Below are positions 1 to 11,851 of a stretch of 64,000 nucleotides of DNA, in pieces; position 1 is the first letter of the stretch, and each line of letters opens with the position of its first letter. The stretch covers positions 280,982-344,981 of the forward strand of contig NW_019217806.1 in the NCBI RefSeq assembly GCF_002571385.2, read 5' to 3'. Below the pieces are notes generated by a model. It was not told the origin of the DNA and searched no databases. It was given only the letters and a program-made list of their open reading frames with translations. The stretch comes from Stylophora pistillata (lineage: Eukaryota). Both the position numbers and the translations under genes were made by a program.

Positions 1-3000
1 AGAATCTTATAAGAATGTAGCTTTTTTCATCTCAGCTACTTTCTGCACCAATTTACGAACCCGTATTTCCTAAATTTTTTACCGTCAAATTTTTCTCGGG
101 AACTCGATGGGTTTTGTGTTTTAATTTGTCTTGCGATTTATTTCACCTAATCAACTTTTTAGGTACACCTGAAATAAACTGTTTTTGACGTATGCAATGG
201 GCAGGTTTTTAAATCAAAGTTCAAATGAAAGCAATCTTAGACTGCTGCATAATCGGGCATATTATGCCACAAATGCAGATCCATGAAAATGAATTTATTC
301 TTGCACAAGAAGTGTATAGAAACTGATTATAAATTTGCCAAACAGTTGTTAAAACTACATACACTGACTTACAGAAAACGAACTTAAATCAAGAAGTCCT
401 AATTTTTTAAGTCCTCGAAGCTCTTTGTATGCTGTGTTTTGGGTGTAAGGCTAGTTTGTGTAACATAATAATACCCATGTTTTTAATTGTAAGTGCTCGT
501 GGAAACAATATAAAAAGCTACTCATATAAATTCTCCAAATTGAATTCATGTATAGCCTGGTATATGAATTTCGTAAGAAATTTTCAATTAAGGCATTTGA
601 CGCCAGAAAAACCAATTACAAAAAAATAAAATAAGAGACCTTAGATTTCTTTTCCATAACACTGTTTGACTTTAAGAAAAAAAAAACCGCAAATCAACTG
701 CTTTGAGGCCAAGTCTCGAGGGTTTTTGAATATCCAGTTAGGAGTGGTTTCAGTGGTTTCGTTTGGTCACGAGCATGGTGGATCGGTCAATGTTGTTCTG
801 TCTGAAAAGTGTTGATAAACGAGAATGTCACTCCCTTCCTCTAGGCTGAAAACATGTCTTTTTCGAAGATGACCATCTAGTGGTATTCATTCTTCGTTGG
901 GTTTTTTCCGTTGAAAATGGAGGAATTCTTAAAAATACTGTGCCGCGGACTCTTCAAATCTAGGCTCTATTTCAGAGCCAAACATATCATTTCCAATTTC
1001 CACACCTGTTCTTGAAAGTCCACCTCCCTTTTCAGTTGTTGCTTTTAAAAGTCGTTTTGGGGTTACCTGTTTATGAGGCAGTAATCTTTATTGCAGCGCA
1101 TTTTAGCTTAGCATCAGAACTCAAGTAAAGAGTTAGTAAAATTTACTCAAATTTCTGAACTGGAATGATATTTGTTAACTTTTCTGTCTCTAATATTTCT
1201 TTGGAGAAAGACAAATAGGATCATCATACGCAATTTAGACCACGATGGTCAAAATCTACGTCAATTCCAAGCCAAAAATGGCTCAAAATCCACACCCCTC
1301 AGGACAGAACATACCCATCTAGCTTAAGTAGAATAGAATATCTGCGCAAACTCTTTATTTCATACATTTTTAAAGCCAATAATTTGACTGAAGAATAGCT
1401 TTTGATAGAAAAGGCTCATGCGACGATTATCGAAGTTCCATGGATTATATTCGCTGACTTTAACAATTGCTAACCCTCAGCAACATCAACTTGAATGGTC
1501 AGCGCGCCAGTAAACGTACTACACAAATAAAACCTGGGTCAGTCCGAGTCCTTAAGATGAAAAAAACAAAGACCAAACCAAAATCATAGTCAGTTAGTTT
1601 TTAGAATGACAGTTCATTGCACATGTACGTAATTCTCTTCTTTTCTCTATGCATATAGTAACCTTCCACATCATCTATCTCAGTCCATGGCGGTCCAAGT
1701 TTATCCTCGGAAAAGGACTCATTCAAATTTTCATTTAAAACGTTTCGGCACGATCTTCAGTCGGCTACGCGCTAACGTTTTGGTCTCGAAACATGCATGT
1801 AACAGCTTGAAGGCAGAATTGGTACCCTGAGGGTTTTGAGATCGCGAAACTTCTGATAGGCTCTCAAATAGATTGGACCGTTGCCTTGTATAAAGTAAAA
1901 CTGATATTTTGTAAACCACAGAAAAGGTTATCCTATAGAAGTTATATCAATAAGGGGAAAGGTTAACCGGACTGTGTCAGAGAGGCTTTAGTGGCACTAC
2001 TTTGAGTAAGCTTACGTTATCTCTAAATGATGCCAAATGTTTTCACATTCAGATGATGTGATAGTCTAGTTTGCTGATTTTTAATTTCTATTTTATAGTA
2101 AAGGTTGAGGTGATTCAGTCCTCTATTTAATTTATATATAGAATTTATTCATTATTTATTCTTAAACTCAATTATCTTTAAATTTTACGCATAGTAAACT
2201 AGATTAGTGTTAAAAAACAAAATGACTGAAATAAATAAATAATTTGTCAGTTTTCGTCAATTCTCACGAAAAAGTGAGTGGATAACGGAATAAACAAAAA
2301 AACAAAGCATTTCGATGGTTTTAACAACTTCAAGACACATTTAGCTAAATAACTCGTAAAAAGAACTGCAGTTATCAATGAGAAGTTAAAGTTTGCGTCC
2401 TTTTTTTAGGGAAATTGCATTGAAATAGAAAGATATCTCTGGGTGCATGTAATGGAAGGCAAGAGAAAAAATTTAAGCCGGTTAGAATTTGAAGAATTGA
2501 AAACAGACAAAAACGAAAAAACAATTATAAAAACAACAATCACGGTGGTTTTTAAGGTTGAAACGAATCACCAATGAAGAATTTACCTGATGAACTTACT
2601 TTTGGAAATGCATAAGACGCCAAGTGGTTGAACTGAAGTGACTATCAGTGTTGACAGTGTAGGCCCGTAACAAACTCACCACAGTGTGTTCCCAGGAGGA
2701 AGCGTTTAGGAAAAACAATAGCAATAAATTGGAAAATCTGTTTTGGTGATCACACAGACTAGGAAACAGTTTTTTTTTACAAGTAATTTTTTTGTGTTTG
2801 GAATCATTTCCTATGTCAATTTTTAATTATTTCTTTTTCTTTCTTCTTTTTAATTCAAAGCAGTTTTAAACACCGAGCAGACTTAAACATAATTTTGTAC
2901 AATTCTTTCGATTGGGATGACGATTAACAACTTCTTGCGATCCAAATGAGTCCTATAAAGTCCAATGGTTTAATACATGCATTAACCACTTTGTACGAAG

Positions 3001-4802
3001 AAATATGATTTCTATGACTAATTCATGATGACACCGAAACGTCGGTTTTTATCGTTGGTCTTTCAGTGCATGTCTTCGTAATTCATTTTGAGCCCAAAAT
3101 TATTTTGGCTTGATTTCTACATTTTTTGTTTGAATGTAAAGCTAAAAACATGTCAAGCTGTTAATATGGTAAAGAAGGTTTCAGCTAAATCGAATAAAGT
3201 AGATAATAAATTGAGGACAGTCATCAGCAGTAATTACATCTCTATTTTCCTATTGGTTCCTACCCTGTAGTTATTAACTTAGGCCGAGAAAAGAAATGCG
3301 GCCATTAGGGTAAAACATTATGGAACAATAGCCAAAGTGTTTGAGTCAAGCAGTTAAATCGTAGTGATGAATTTTTTTTTTAATGCTTGTAGTATTTGAG
3401 TCATGCAGTTAAATCATAATCTTATTCTTTTAAGTTTTTTTGATAAAATTTGCGTTATTTGCATCATAATCCTAAACCACTTGAGTGGCGTAGGCAAGTT
3501 TAATAACAGATGTAGCCATATTGTTTTTTATCATTTAATTTTGCTAAAAATTTGAACTGCGAAATCTAGTTTCCAATATTGTGGTTCACTTTGAGTTGCT
3601 TTGCCCTTTAAGGTAATAAGATAAAATCAGAGTAACACTCAAAAGCCAGGTCGTTTTGTCTAAAAGCTCGTTTATTTTTTATCGAGTCCTGATTGAAATA
3701 GACTCATTGAGAAAGTTTTGGTTAATTGAATATTTCAATTTCTTACAAAATTCTTTTCATTAGGTCGCTCAACAGATGTATGCTGCTCGGAATGTTTTCT
3801 GATAATTTCGAATATTTAAGAAGCTGAATTTTGCTATTTTACGATTGCAGTGGTCATAAAAAATCTTGGAAAAAGTAAACTAAAATAAGATCGAAACATT
3901 TATTTCTTTGGCTGGATGGAAATGAGCATATTTTGGTAATAGGTGATGTTGAAGTAATGGAGTGACCCTAGTTATGGGCGAGAATTTCGTCATGAAACTT
4001 CTTTTTGCTTTGCGAGTGCATTGTAACTAGAAACAAGGTTCATACAAATTTTACCGCTTAAATGAATCTGGTTTTCTAATTAACAAAGCGGTTTGTTTTT
4101 AAGCTGGATCATGCTAACTTCGTCATAAAAAAAATCAAAATACTACATGATCTCGATTTAAATGCATTTTGCGAAAACAAAAATAAAAAATAATTAGAGA
4201 AAACTTGGATTTCATCTTACCTCAGGCTTTGAAGAATCTTAAAAAAAGGCTACTGCTGAAAACTATGAACCTGTACCTCTTTTTGCTAATCGAGAGCAGA
4301 CTCGAACGGTGTTGTCAATCAAAGATACAATCTGATTTTTCAAAAGCGTGACAATGACTAATTGCAAGTGACTTGCGTTACCGCATGAGGGAATTGTGTG
4401 AACTGGCGCTGAAGAACATGTAAACACTTACTCGTCTTTCTGCGAAATATCTTAAAAAAGCAAATGAGACCTGCTTTTCGTGTTTACATAGCCCCATCTA
4501 GACACCCGCGGAGTTGTAAGAATTCTAAAAAATTTCTGCAAACCGTCGACTGCCTACACAAGTCTGCTTTACTTCTCGAGTCCCCTCCCCCCCCATCCCC
4601 CCCTCCAGTCGCGGCTTTACTGGTCTCAAAGGGGTGACGTTAAATTTTTCCGATTATAGCGGTTAATATTAAAAATTAAAATAGTGATTCGGAGACTTTT
4701 AAAATTAACAGATTATTCGTTTGAAACAGTACCATAGCTTTTAATATTGCAGACAGCATTAGCAGAGTTTTGCAGAGCTGGTTCATTTTGATCAGAGCTT
4801 AG

Positions 4803-5829
4803 TGTTGTGAGGTGAATTGAAAGCTGTTGTTTTGAGACTTTTCTAGTTAAGCCTTTTGTTTTGTTAATCCTTGCCTGTTGCGCCTACGTGTTGTTTTGGT
4901 AGATTTATGTATTTTTTTTGGCTCAGCTCACGGATTTCCTTGTTATCGTGTTAGACATTAAGACAATTAGACAGTTTCACAGATGGTCGTATTTGCGTTG
5001 GTAAAGCTGACCTTGAGTTCTACCCACACTGAAGTTCCTGTTTGTGTGCGCAATTCTTGTGCGCAGCTGTTAGCGTTCAATTGGTTTGTGTGCGCAATTC
5101 TTGTGCGCAGCTGTTAACGTTTAATTGGTTCCTCGGTGCTCGCCAAGTACTTCGGTGAGGGCCAACCAGTTTCCTCCTTTTTGCAAATAAACGGATACAC
5201 TGTGGAACTCTCACAGTCAGCTAACCCAAACACGTCTACGGTTTTCCTACTTAAAGACGAAGGCGCGCTATAAAAGGAGCCTTAGGTCCCACTGAACCAT
5301 TTGTCAATCAACCGTCGTGTGATGTAGAACTCTTAGAGTCAAGTCAGCTTGAGCTACAGCTACTCCAAAGCAGTGTACAGCGGGCGCATTCCTCAATATT
5401 GTTTTATGTCTTCATCACAATGCAAGAACTTTTGAGATTTGTATTTCCTTTCTGGCGGTAAATTTGAGATCGAAGTAGGTGGTTCGCACATTACCTGATG
5501 CCACCATGCTGGTGGAAGTAAACAAAAGATATCTCATTAACTTCTTTTGTTCGTCTACCAGCATTTAAATTTGACCCACACACGTCAACGGTGAGTGACA
5601 AATGAGCCTTGGTCTTCCCAGGGAAGACTTCCTTATATAGTGCGCCTTCGTGTTTAAAGCGTTAGTACCTCTCGCATGATAGTTGGATGCGTAGAGCATT
5701 AGATGCACAGAGTATCAGATGCATAAAGCGTTGCTGTAGTAGCTCTCCAGAAGAGAATAAAAGAAGAAAAGTACAGAGTCTTGGCACTTCTCGTTAATTC
5801 GTCCGAGCGAGCAGTAAAACCCCCCAACA
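4803..5829 (+). repeat. 5' LTR (about 624 bp plus a 403-bp MITE insertion)
   Basis: Aligns by eye to 9264-9888 apart from the insert at 5255-5657. Contains an internal ~44-bp tandem duplication (gtttgtgtgcgcaattcttgtgcgcagctgtta...). Confidence 0.92.
5255..5653. mobile_element. 399-bp MITE with TTAA target duplication (Kolobok- or piggyBac-type target)
   Basis: TIRs AGACGAAGGCGCGCTATAAAAGG / CCTTATATAGTGCGCCTTCGTGT. TTAA at 5251-5254 and 5654-5657. Absent from the 3' LTR. Confidence 0.9.
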
Positions 5830-5833
5830 AATT

Positions 5834-5847
5834 TGATGGAGGACCCG
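5834..5847 (+). other. Putative primer-binding site (tRNA-Ala-like, one mismatch)
   Basis: TGATGGAGGACCCG a few nt after the 5' LTR. Resembles TGGTGGAG, the complement of a tRNA-Ala 3' end. Confidence 0.4.
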
Positions 5848-6432
5848 TCTTCAACAAAACCGGTGAAGCACCCGTTATCTACAAGTTGGTAAAGGGCGCT
5901 TTAGGAATTCCTGGAATTGTGAGTGGAACTTCGCTTTTATCAGTATGCTTTTCCGTTGCAAGCTAATTTGACTTCAGTTCTAAATCTGAGTGATAGTCGA
6001 GTTCTTTTATAATGATTTAGTCAGCGTAGAATGTAACAGTTTATTTAGTGTATAGGTCAGTTAGCTTCTGATTTTATTATCGCCGTTAATGGTCAATTGC
6101 ATGGTTTGGATTTTCAATTACGCGTCTGTAACATTTTCTCTTTATTAGTACCGTTTTCGATTACGTTGCTTTCAATTTTGGGAAATTTGGCTCATGCGAT
6201 ATCTCTTCAATAATCATCCTGATTACTATGCAGCGAGCGCGAGCCCTGGCGGAAGAGGCCGTTCGCCAGGAAAATTTAGCTGTGACTTCGGGTTCGAATG
6301 AGTGGCCAGCCCCTCCTCCACCCGTTCAGAAATCTGGAGTACCACTCTTCCGTTCACTTTTTAAATCAGCCAATAATCGCCGAGGGCTGACACGCGATCA
6401 AAGGCGTTAAGTGGAATTCCTACTTCTAGTGA

Positions 6433-7642
6433 ATGTTCTCTAATTTCTTTTGTACCGGTAGCCATAGTTCGGACTCCAAAGAGGATCTTATTTATGAGAA
6501 CGGCAAGACCAGAGAAAATCTTGAGAATTGTGAAAATGTAAGCGAAGATTCTCTCGAAGCTCGTAATGACTCGGTTGTTGATAATCGACAGAATTCTTTA
6601 GACTCAAATCAGTTGTCTCTTGCACCAGCCTATGCAGAGATGGAAGACCAAGTTAGTCAGTTATGCCAAGCAGTCGAACGAATGCAAGCTTCGGTTAATT
6701 CACAAAATAGAAGCGGCGGTGTGAAATCGTCAGTTACGTTTCCAATTTTTAGAGGTGACGAATCCGAAGAGACTCATGAATTTGTTAGGAATTATAAGAG
6801 GGCCGGTAGACTAAATGGTAGGGACAACGAAAGTTTAGCATTAGGGCTTCCTCTTTATTTAAAGGGCTACGCTAGCGCTTAGTTTAAAACTTTACCGAGC
6901 GCCGACGAGATGTCTTTCGAAGAATTGTCTGAGAAGTTAATCACGCATTTTGCCTCCGGTGCTAGTGAGTGGCGCGTAAGACACTGGGCGCTAGGGCAGC
7001 GACGGCAACTAGAGAAAGAATCGTTTGCGGATTATGCCTATAGCCTTCGAATACATTGTGCGATAATTAATTTGCCTAGTTCTGAGTGGACACACTATTT
7101 TTTCCAGGGTCTCATTCCCGAGATTCGCGAGTACGTTGTTTTGCAACAACCTGAAAATTTGAAATCGGCAGAAAACTTCGCTAAGTTTAAAGAGTCAGTA
7201 TTACAAGGGTCGAGTAAACGCGCAGATTTTAACCCAAAGGAGGTATCGGCGCAAATTCTGGAAGAGCTCTCAAAAGCAATTAACTCTAAATGATAAGTCA
7301 ATCAGTGCTGTACGTCCAGCTCTATGTCAAAACCCTTACGTGAACAAGTCTGAGATGAAGCAAATTATTAGAGACGAATTTCGCGAGTTAATGGGAAGTA
7401 CTCCTAATATTAGACCCAGTGGTTATAATCAGCGCTCAAACCAGACTTTTCAGCCAAGAAGTTTCCGGTCTCGCTTTGGCGATGCCGTTTGCTATAATTG
7501 TGGTCGAAAAGGACACACTTATTATTTTTGTCGCTCAAAATCTGGTCCTGGAAATTTTCGTCGTGGAGGTAGTAGACAAAACTTTTATCAGAATAGAGGT
7601 CAAAATACTTCTGAATGGCAGTCTAAGCAGCAGGGAAACTGA
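6433..7642 (+). pseudogene. gag: Decayed retrotransposon gag
   Basis: ORFs 6433-6882 and 6910-7293 are in the same frame separated by a TAG. They show capsid-like sequence (FPIFRG..., LPLYLKG.A, ...EWTHYFFQGL.PEIREYV). A frameshift leads to 7340-7642 with zinc knuckle CYNCGRKGHTYYFC. Confidence 0.88.
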
Positions 7643-8310
7643 AAAGTGCCCCTGTCTTGTTAGAAAATGAACCCGCGACGGGGGCGTCAAATACTGTGCA
7701 AAAAACCTTTAATGAAACTTGTAGACCGAATTTTATCGGTAGGATCGTGCAATGCTGATAAACTTGCTTTCAGTAAAGCCAAGCCTGCCGATATTTCGAT
7801 AGATGAGAGAATTGATTTAGCGAAACATGTTGTTGAAGGTAATTGTCAAATTTCGCCAAAACATTCATCAAGTCAAGCTACTCAGAACGGTAGACAAAAA
7901 CAAGGCACTTGTTTGGAGAGTAGCATCATCGTTATTTTATCCATTGTTTTCGCTATTATCATTAAACTACTTGAGTTGTTCGAAATAGTCATAACGAGTA
8001 CGGTGGATGTACTGAATACGACCGCCGGTGTCTAGTAAAAGACATGCAGCTTTATTTTCAGGCGCCAGTACGCCTAATTCTTCTGCCTTGTCTATTCAGG
8101 ATAAAACTGCTGAGTGTTTATGTAAGGTCTCAAAGGAAGAGCCTCCAAGTTTTAAAAGTGTTGTTGTTGAAGAAAACAGCCTAGTTTTTTAGCAAGCAGA
8201 TATTTTTAATGATGATATATTGAGTAGTGACGATATTGTTATTTCGGAGTTCATGTCACACAGTGTTAAGCAAAATAAGATAGCTGAACAGGGGTCTACA
8301 AGTTCACCTA

Positions 8311-8550
8311 GTGATGCTGGATAATTCTAGCATCACAACCCATCTCTGCTCCAGTTCTGCGGATTCTTTTGTGAAGCCGGACTCGAGTCGCGTTGACAAT
8401 TTCGTGGAGGACGAAGTCGATGATATTTGTATTTCTTTTGTGCCTGAAAGTTCCCTCCTACCTGTTACTATTAAGGGTCGTGATTTTCATTGTTTAATAG
8501 ATTCTGGAGCTGCTTTTATCCAAGACGAACCATTCAAGGAACTGAACTGA
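8311..8550 (+). pseudogene. Truncated retroviral-type aspartic protease
   Basis: LPVTIKGRDFHCLIDSGAA matches the D-[ST]-G-A active site. Similarity stops right after it, consistent with a deletion breakpoint. Confidence 0.75.
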
Positions 8551-9234
8551 ACTTCCGATAATGCATTACGTAATAGCACTGACCTTACTTAATTTCTCTA
8601 CAATTCTGAACGATGCCACAGCTGCGTATTTAGCGTCAGTTAGCGGTCTTTTTGCTTCATTTAAATGTGGATATGACGCCTGTTGTTCGGGGCAAGCAAC
8701 ACCAGTTTTTCGCTTTAACCGCCCTTTCTCGTGGCAAACCACTAATTTCTTTTTAGGGTTATTTTCGGGTTTCAGTCGATCGTTAGACTGGGAGTTAGAT
8801 AACGTCCCGAGTTTATCCAAGTTTGTCATTATTTCATGGTCCATGAACGAATCTTGAGCGACGTCTTTCGCGTAACTTTTCCGCGTGACTACTGCAATTC
8901 GTTCGCAGAAAACCAACTCTGCAAAGTGTTGTTCGCTCTGAAAGCTTCTCGTTACCTTTTTCTGGCTCGTAACCTTACTATTCGTGCGTCACAAGAGTTT
9001 GAAAACGTTTTCATTTTCGAAGATCTGATGTCAGCCTCTAGTGTAGATGATTTTAAACGGTCCGATTGACGGTCGAGTGAAGGACTTAGGCATCAACTGA
9101 CATATGTTTACAAAGATTCTTAAAATCAGTTTTTATGTACATTAATTCACCGAGGATTAGTTGATTATCGACTTAGTATATGTTCCAAACGAAGCCTTTT
9201 CTTCCCGTCCGCATCGAGGACGATGCCCGATTTA

Positions 9235-9263
9235 GGTGGGGGTAGAGGGGGGGAGGGGTGGAA
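9235..9263 (+). other. Polypurine tract
   Basis: G-rich purine run (GGTGGGGGTAGAGGGG...GGGGTGGAA) directly abutting the 3' LTR. Confidence 0.85.
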
Positions 9264-9888
9264 TGTTGAGAGGTGAATTGAACGTTGTTATTTTGAGACT
9301 TTTCTAGTTAAGCCTTTTGTTTTGTTAATCCTTGCCTGTTGCGCCTACGTGTTGTTTTGGTAGACTTATGTTTTTTGTGGCTCAGCTCACGGATTTCTTT
9401 GTTACCGTGTTAGACATTAAGACAATTAGACAGTTTCACAGATGATTGTATTTGCATTGGTAAAGCTGACCTTGAGTTCTACCCACACTGAAGTTCCTGT
9501 TTGTGTGCGCAATTCTTGTGCGCAGCTGTTAGCGTTCAATTGGTTTGTATGCGCAATTCTTGTGCGCAGCTGTTAACGTTTAATTGGTTCCTCGATGCTC
9601 GCCAAGTGACTTCGGTGAGGGCTAACCAGTTTCCCCCTTTTTGCAAAATAAACGGATACACTGCGGAAACTCTCACAGTCAGCTAACCCAAACACGTCTA
9701 CGGTTTTCCTACTTAAAGCGTTAGTACCTCTCGCATGATATAATGGATGCGTAGAGCATAGATGCACAGAGTATCAGATGCATAAAGCGTTGCTGTAGTA
9801 GCTCTCCAGAAGAGAATAAAAGAAGAAATATACAGAGTCTTGGCACCTCTCGTTAATTTGTCCGAGCGAGCCGTAAAACCCCCCAACA
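9264..9888 (+). repeat. 3' LTR (625 bp)
   Basis: TGTTGAGAGGTGAATTG...AAAACCCCCCAACA. Carries the empty TTAA site (cctacTTAAagcg) that is occupied in the 5' LTR. Confidence 0.92.
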
Positions 9889-10513
9889 ATAGTTTATTCC
9901 GAAGCGAACGAAATAAGAGGCGCGGGCGATTCACCGACACCGAACAAGCATACGGGAGCTGGCTTCGCACCAACACGCTCCAAAGAGTGAATAGGTATAT
10001 GAAAAAACAAAACAAAACAAAACAAAACGAATAAAACAGCTAATGAAAGACTATAATGATAATTGGTTTTGCCACACATAATACGGTTTGCCATGCATTT
10101 CACAGCTCATACTGTAAGTGCTTTGTTCAGTAAATAAAACGCTATGGATTCAAAAACATTTTGCAAGAACCCAGTAGTTAAGAACAAGTCTCACCGTTAG
10201 AATAACTATCTTCGTCACCGGGAGGAAGTTTTGGTAGGTCCACGTCAAGTCACTGTTGGGTTGTTATTTTGTAATTTTCTGTTTTCCCCTCAGCAGTGTT
10301 ACTGGCCAGTACAGCTTGTGCTCAAATGAACCAAACCGAAATTTCCTAACCAAGTCGTTGACAACGGGGAAGTCCGCTGAAATCTCCTAATTCGTTTCTA
10401 GTTTTTCCCGATAGGAACTCCTTTTCTATATTGCTGAATTGCTTTCTATTCCTTTTTATGACTAACTAACTAACTAACGACCACTTTCAGGTCGCTCGAC
10501 GTGATGTAGGACT

Positions 10514-11270
10514 TGCTATTGGTGATCGCATGGCGGAATCAGGTGCCGCGTGGCGTAGTCAGAAACAAGTTATCATGGAAGTAATCATTTTTGAAATATA
10601 ATTGCAATATTAAATTGAATATTCAATTTCTCAAAGTGTCACTTAATGCAAAATTCAGTGAAAACTAAATTGAATCGATTTGGAAACCTGGCGACCTTTT
10701 TTTTTCTGTCAAAATGAAACGTTCTGTGATTGGTAGAACTGTTCATGGCAAGTGGCATAGTCATTGTTGCCAGGAGCCCATCACTTGGCCTCCTGATGTT
10801 GTTAAATAACCAGAGATGTGCGGTAGCATTTTATTTTTTGCGTCATTGTCAATTTATAAAAACAGTCTTACTGCTATTAGTGATCGCACGGCCGGAATGG
10901 TGGAATGGTGGAATGGTGGAATGGTGGAATGGTGGAATGGTGGAATGGTGCCGTGTGGTGTGGTCAGAAACTAGTTGTTAATGTGGTAATCATTTCTGAA
11001 ATATTTAAATATTAAAATGAATATTCGTTTTATCAAAGTGTCACTTAATGCGAAAGTCAGTGAAAATTAAATGACAATAAATTGAATCGATCTGGAAACC
11101 TGGAGACTGGTTTTCCAGTCAAAGCGCTCTGGGATTGGTAGAACTGTTCGTGGCAAGTAGCAAAGTCGCTGTTGCTAAGAGCTCATTACTTAATAGACTA
11201 CTGTTGCTAAACAACCAGAGATGTGCGGTAGGATCTTATGTTTAGCTTCATTGTAAATTCATAAAAACAA
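10514..11270. repeat. Diverged tandem duplication of a ~355-bp unit
   Basis: 10514-10866 and ~10870-11270 share blocks such as gctatt.gtgatcgca, tcaaagtgtcacttaatgc, attgaatcgat.tggaaacctgg, gattggtagaactgttc and accagagatgtgcggtag. Confidence 0.85.
10894..10949 (+). repeat. (GGAATGGT)7 tandem repeat
   Basis: Seven perfect 8-bp units, present only in the second copy of the duplication. Confidence 0.95.
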
Positions 11271-11296
11271 TTCAAATACTCTTATCAGATCAAAAA

Positions 11297-11549
11297 TGAT
11301 AATCATAATAATAATTTAATATTTATATTGCGCAAATTAACATGTCGATATGATCAAATGCGCATCACAACACTGTTCGGGGGTCTTTGGCCAGACTGCA
11401 TCAGCAGTTTACAAACAATCGAAGGAAACTTGATCTGAAGATGCCCCGTCCCCCCAATTCCCAGTAAACAGGCCAGACCACGTCACAGTAATCTCGTGAG
11501 TGCGTTCTTTAACGTCCCCTGCCTAACCAAATTATCTAATTAATAGATG
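11297..11549 (-). mobile_element. 5'-truncated SINE (body and (TAA)n tail only)
   Basis: Shares agatgcccc...cccccaattcccagtaaacaggccagaccac.tcacagtaatctcgtg with the copies at 20372-20729 and 31061-31468. Confidence 0.8.
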
Positions 11550-11851
11550 TGGTTAGATTAGTGTAAGTTGTCATTTATTTGTACTTGGACTGAAATTTGT
11601 ACAGTTTATAGATAACTCCGAATCTAATGTGATTCTACAAGAGTGGGGACGGCTTTTCTATACTACAGTTTGTAAATGATGAGGAACTAGCCTTGTTTGA
11701 CTGCTTATTTTTGTTCGTTAGATAGTTTTAAACACAACTTTGATTTAATTTAAACAAAACATTTCATTCACACCTTAATGAAACGAAATTCTAAAGTTCA
11801 GTTGTCACCGTTGCCCAGATTATAATTTTCATTCGAGAGAAACATATCACT

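Larger units (their letters stand above)
4803..9888 (+). mobile_element. Ty3/Gypsy-type LTR retrotransposon, internally deleted and non-autonomous
   Basis: Direct repeats (LTRs) at 4803-5829 and 9264-9888, both starting TGTTG and ending CAACA. A polypurine tract precedes the 3' LTR. Decayed gag with a CCHC zinc knuckle and the start of an aspartic protease (LIDSGA) are present; no RT, RNase H or integrase is visible. Flanks TTAG/ATAG may be an imperfect 4-bp TSD. Confidence 0.92.

Noticed and set aside
720-4400. Possible minus-strand gene at the left edge (donor-like site at 4220, short open frame at about 1066-929)
   Set aside because: No recognisable protein or consistent exon chain. It could be UTR of a gene outside the window.
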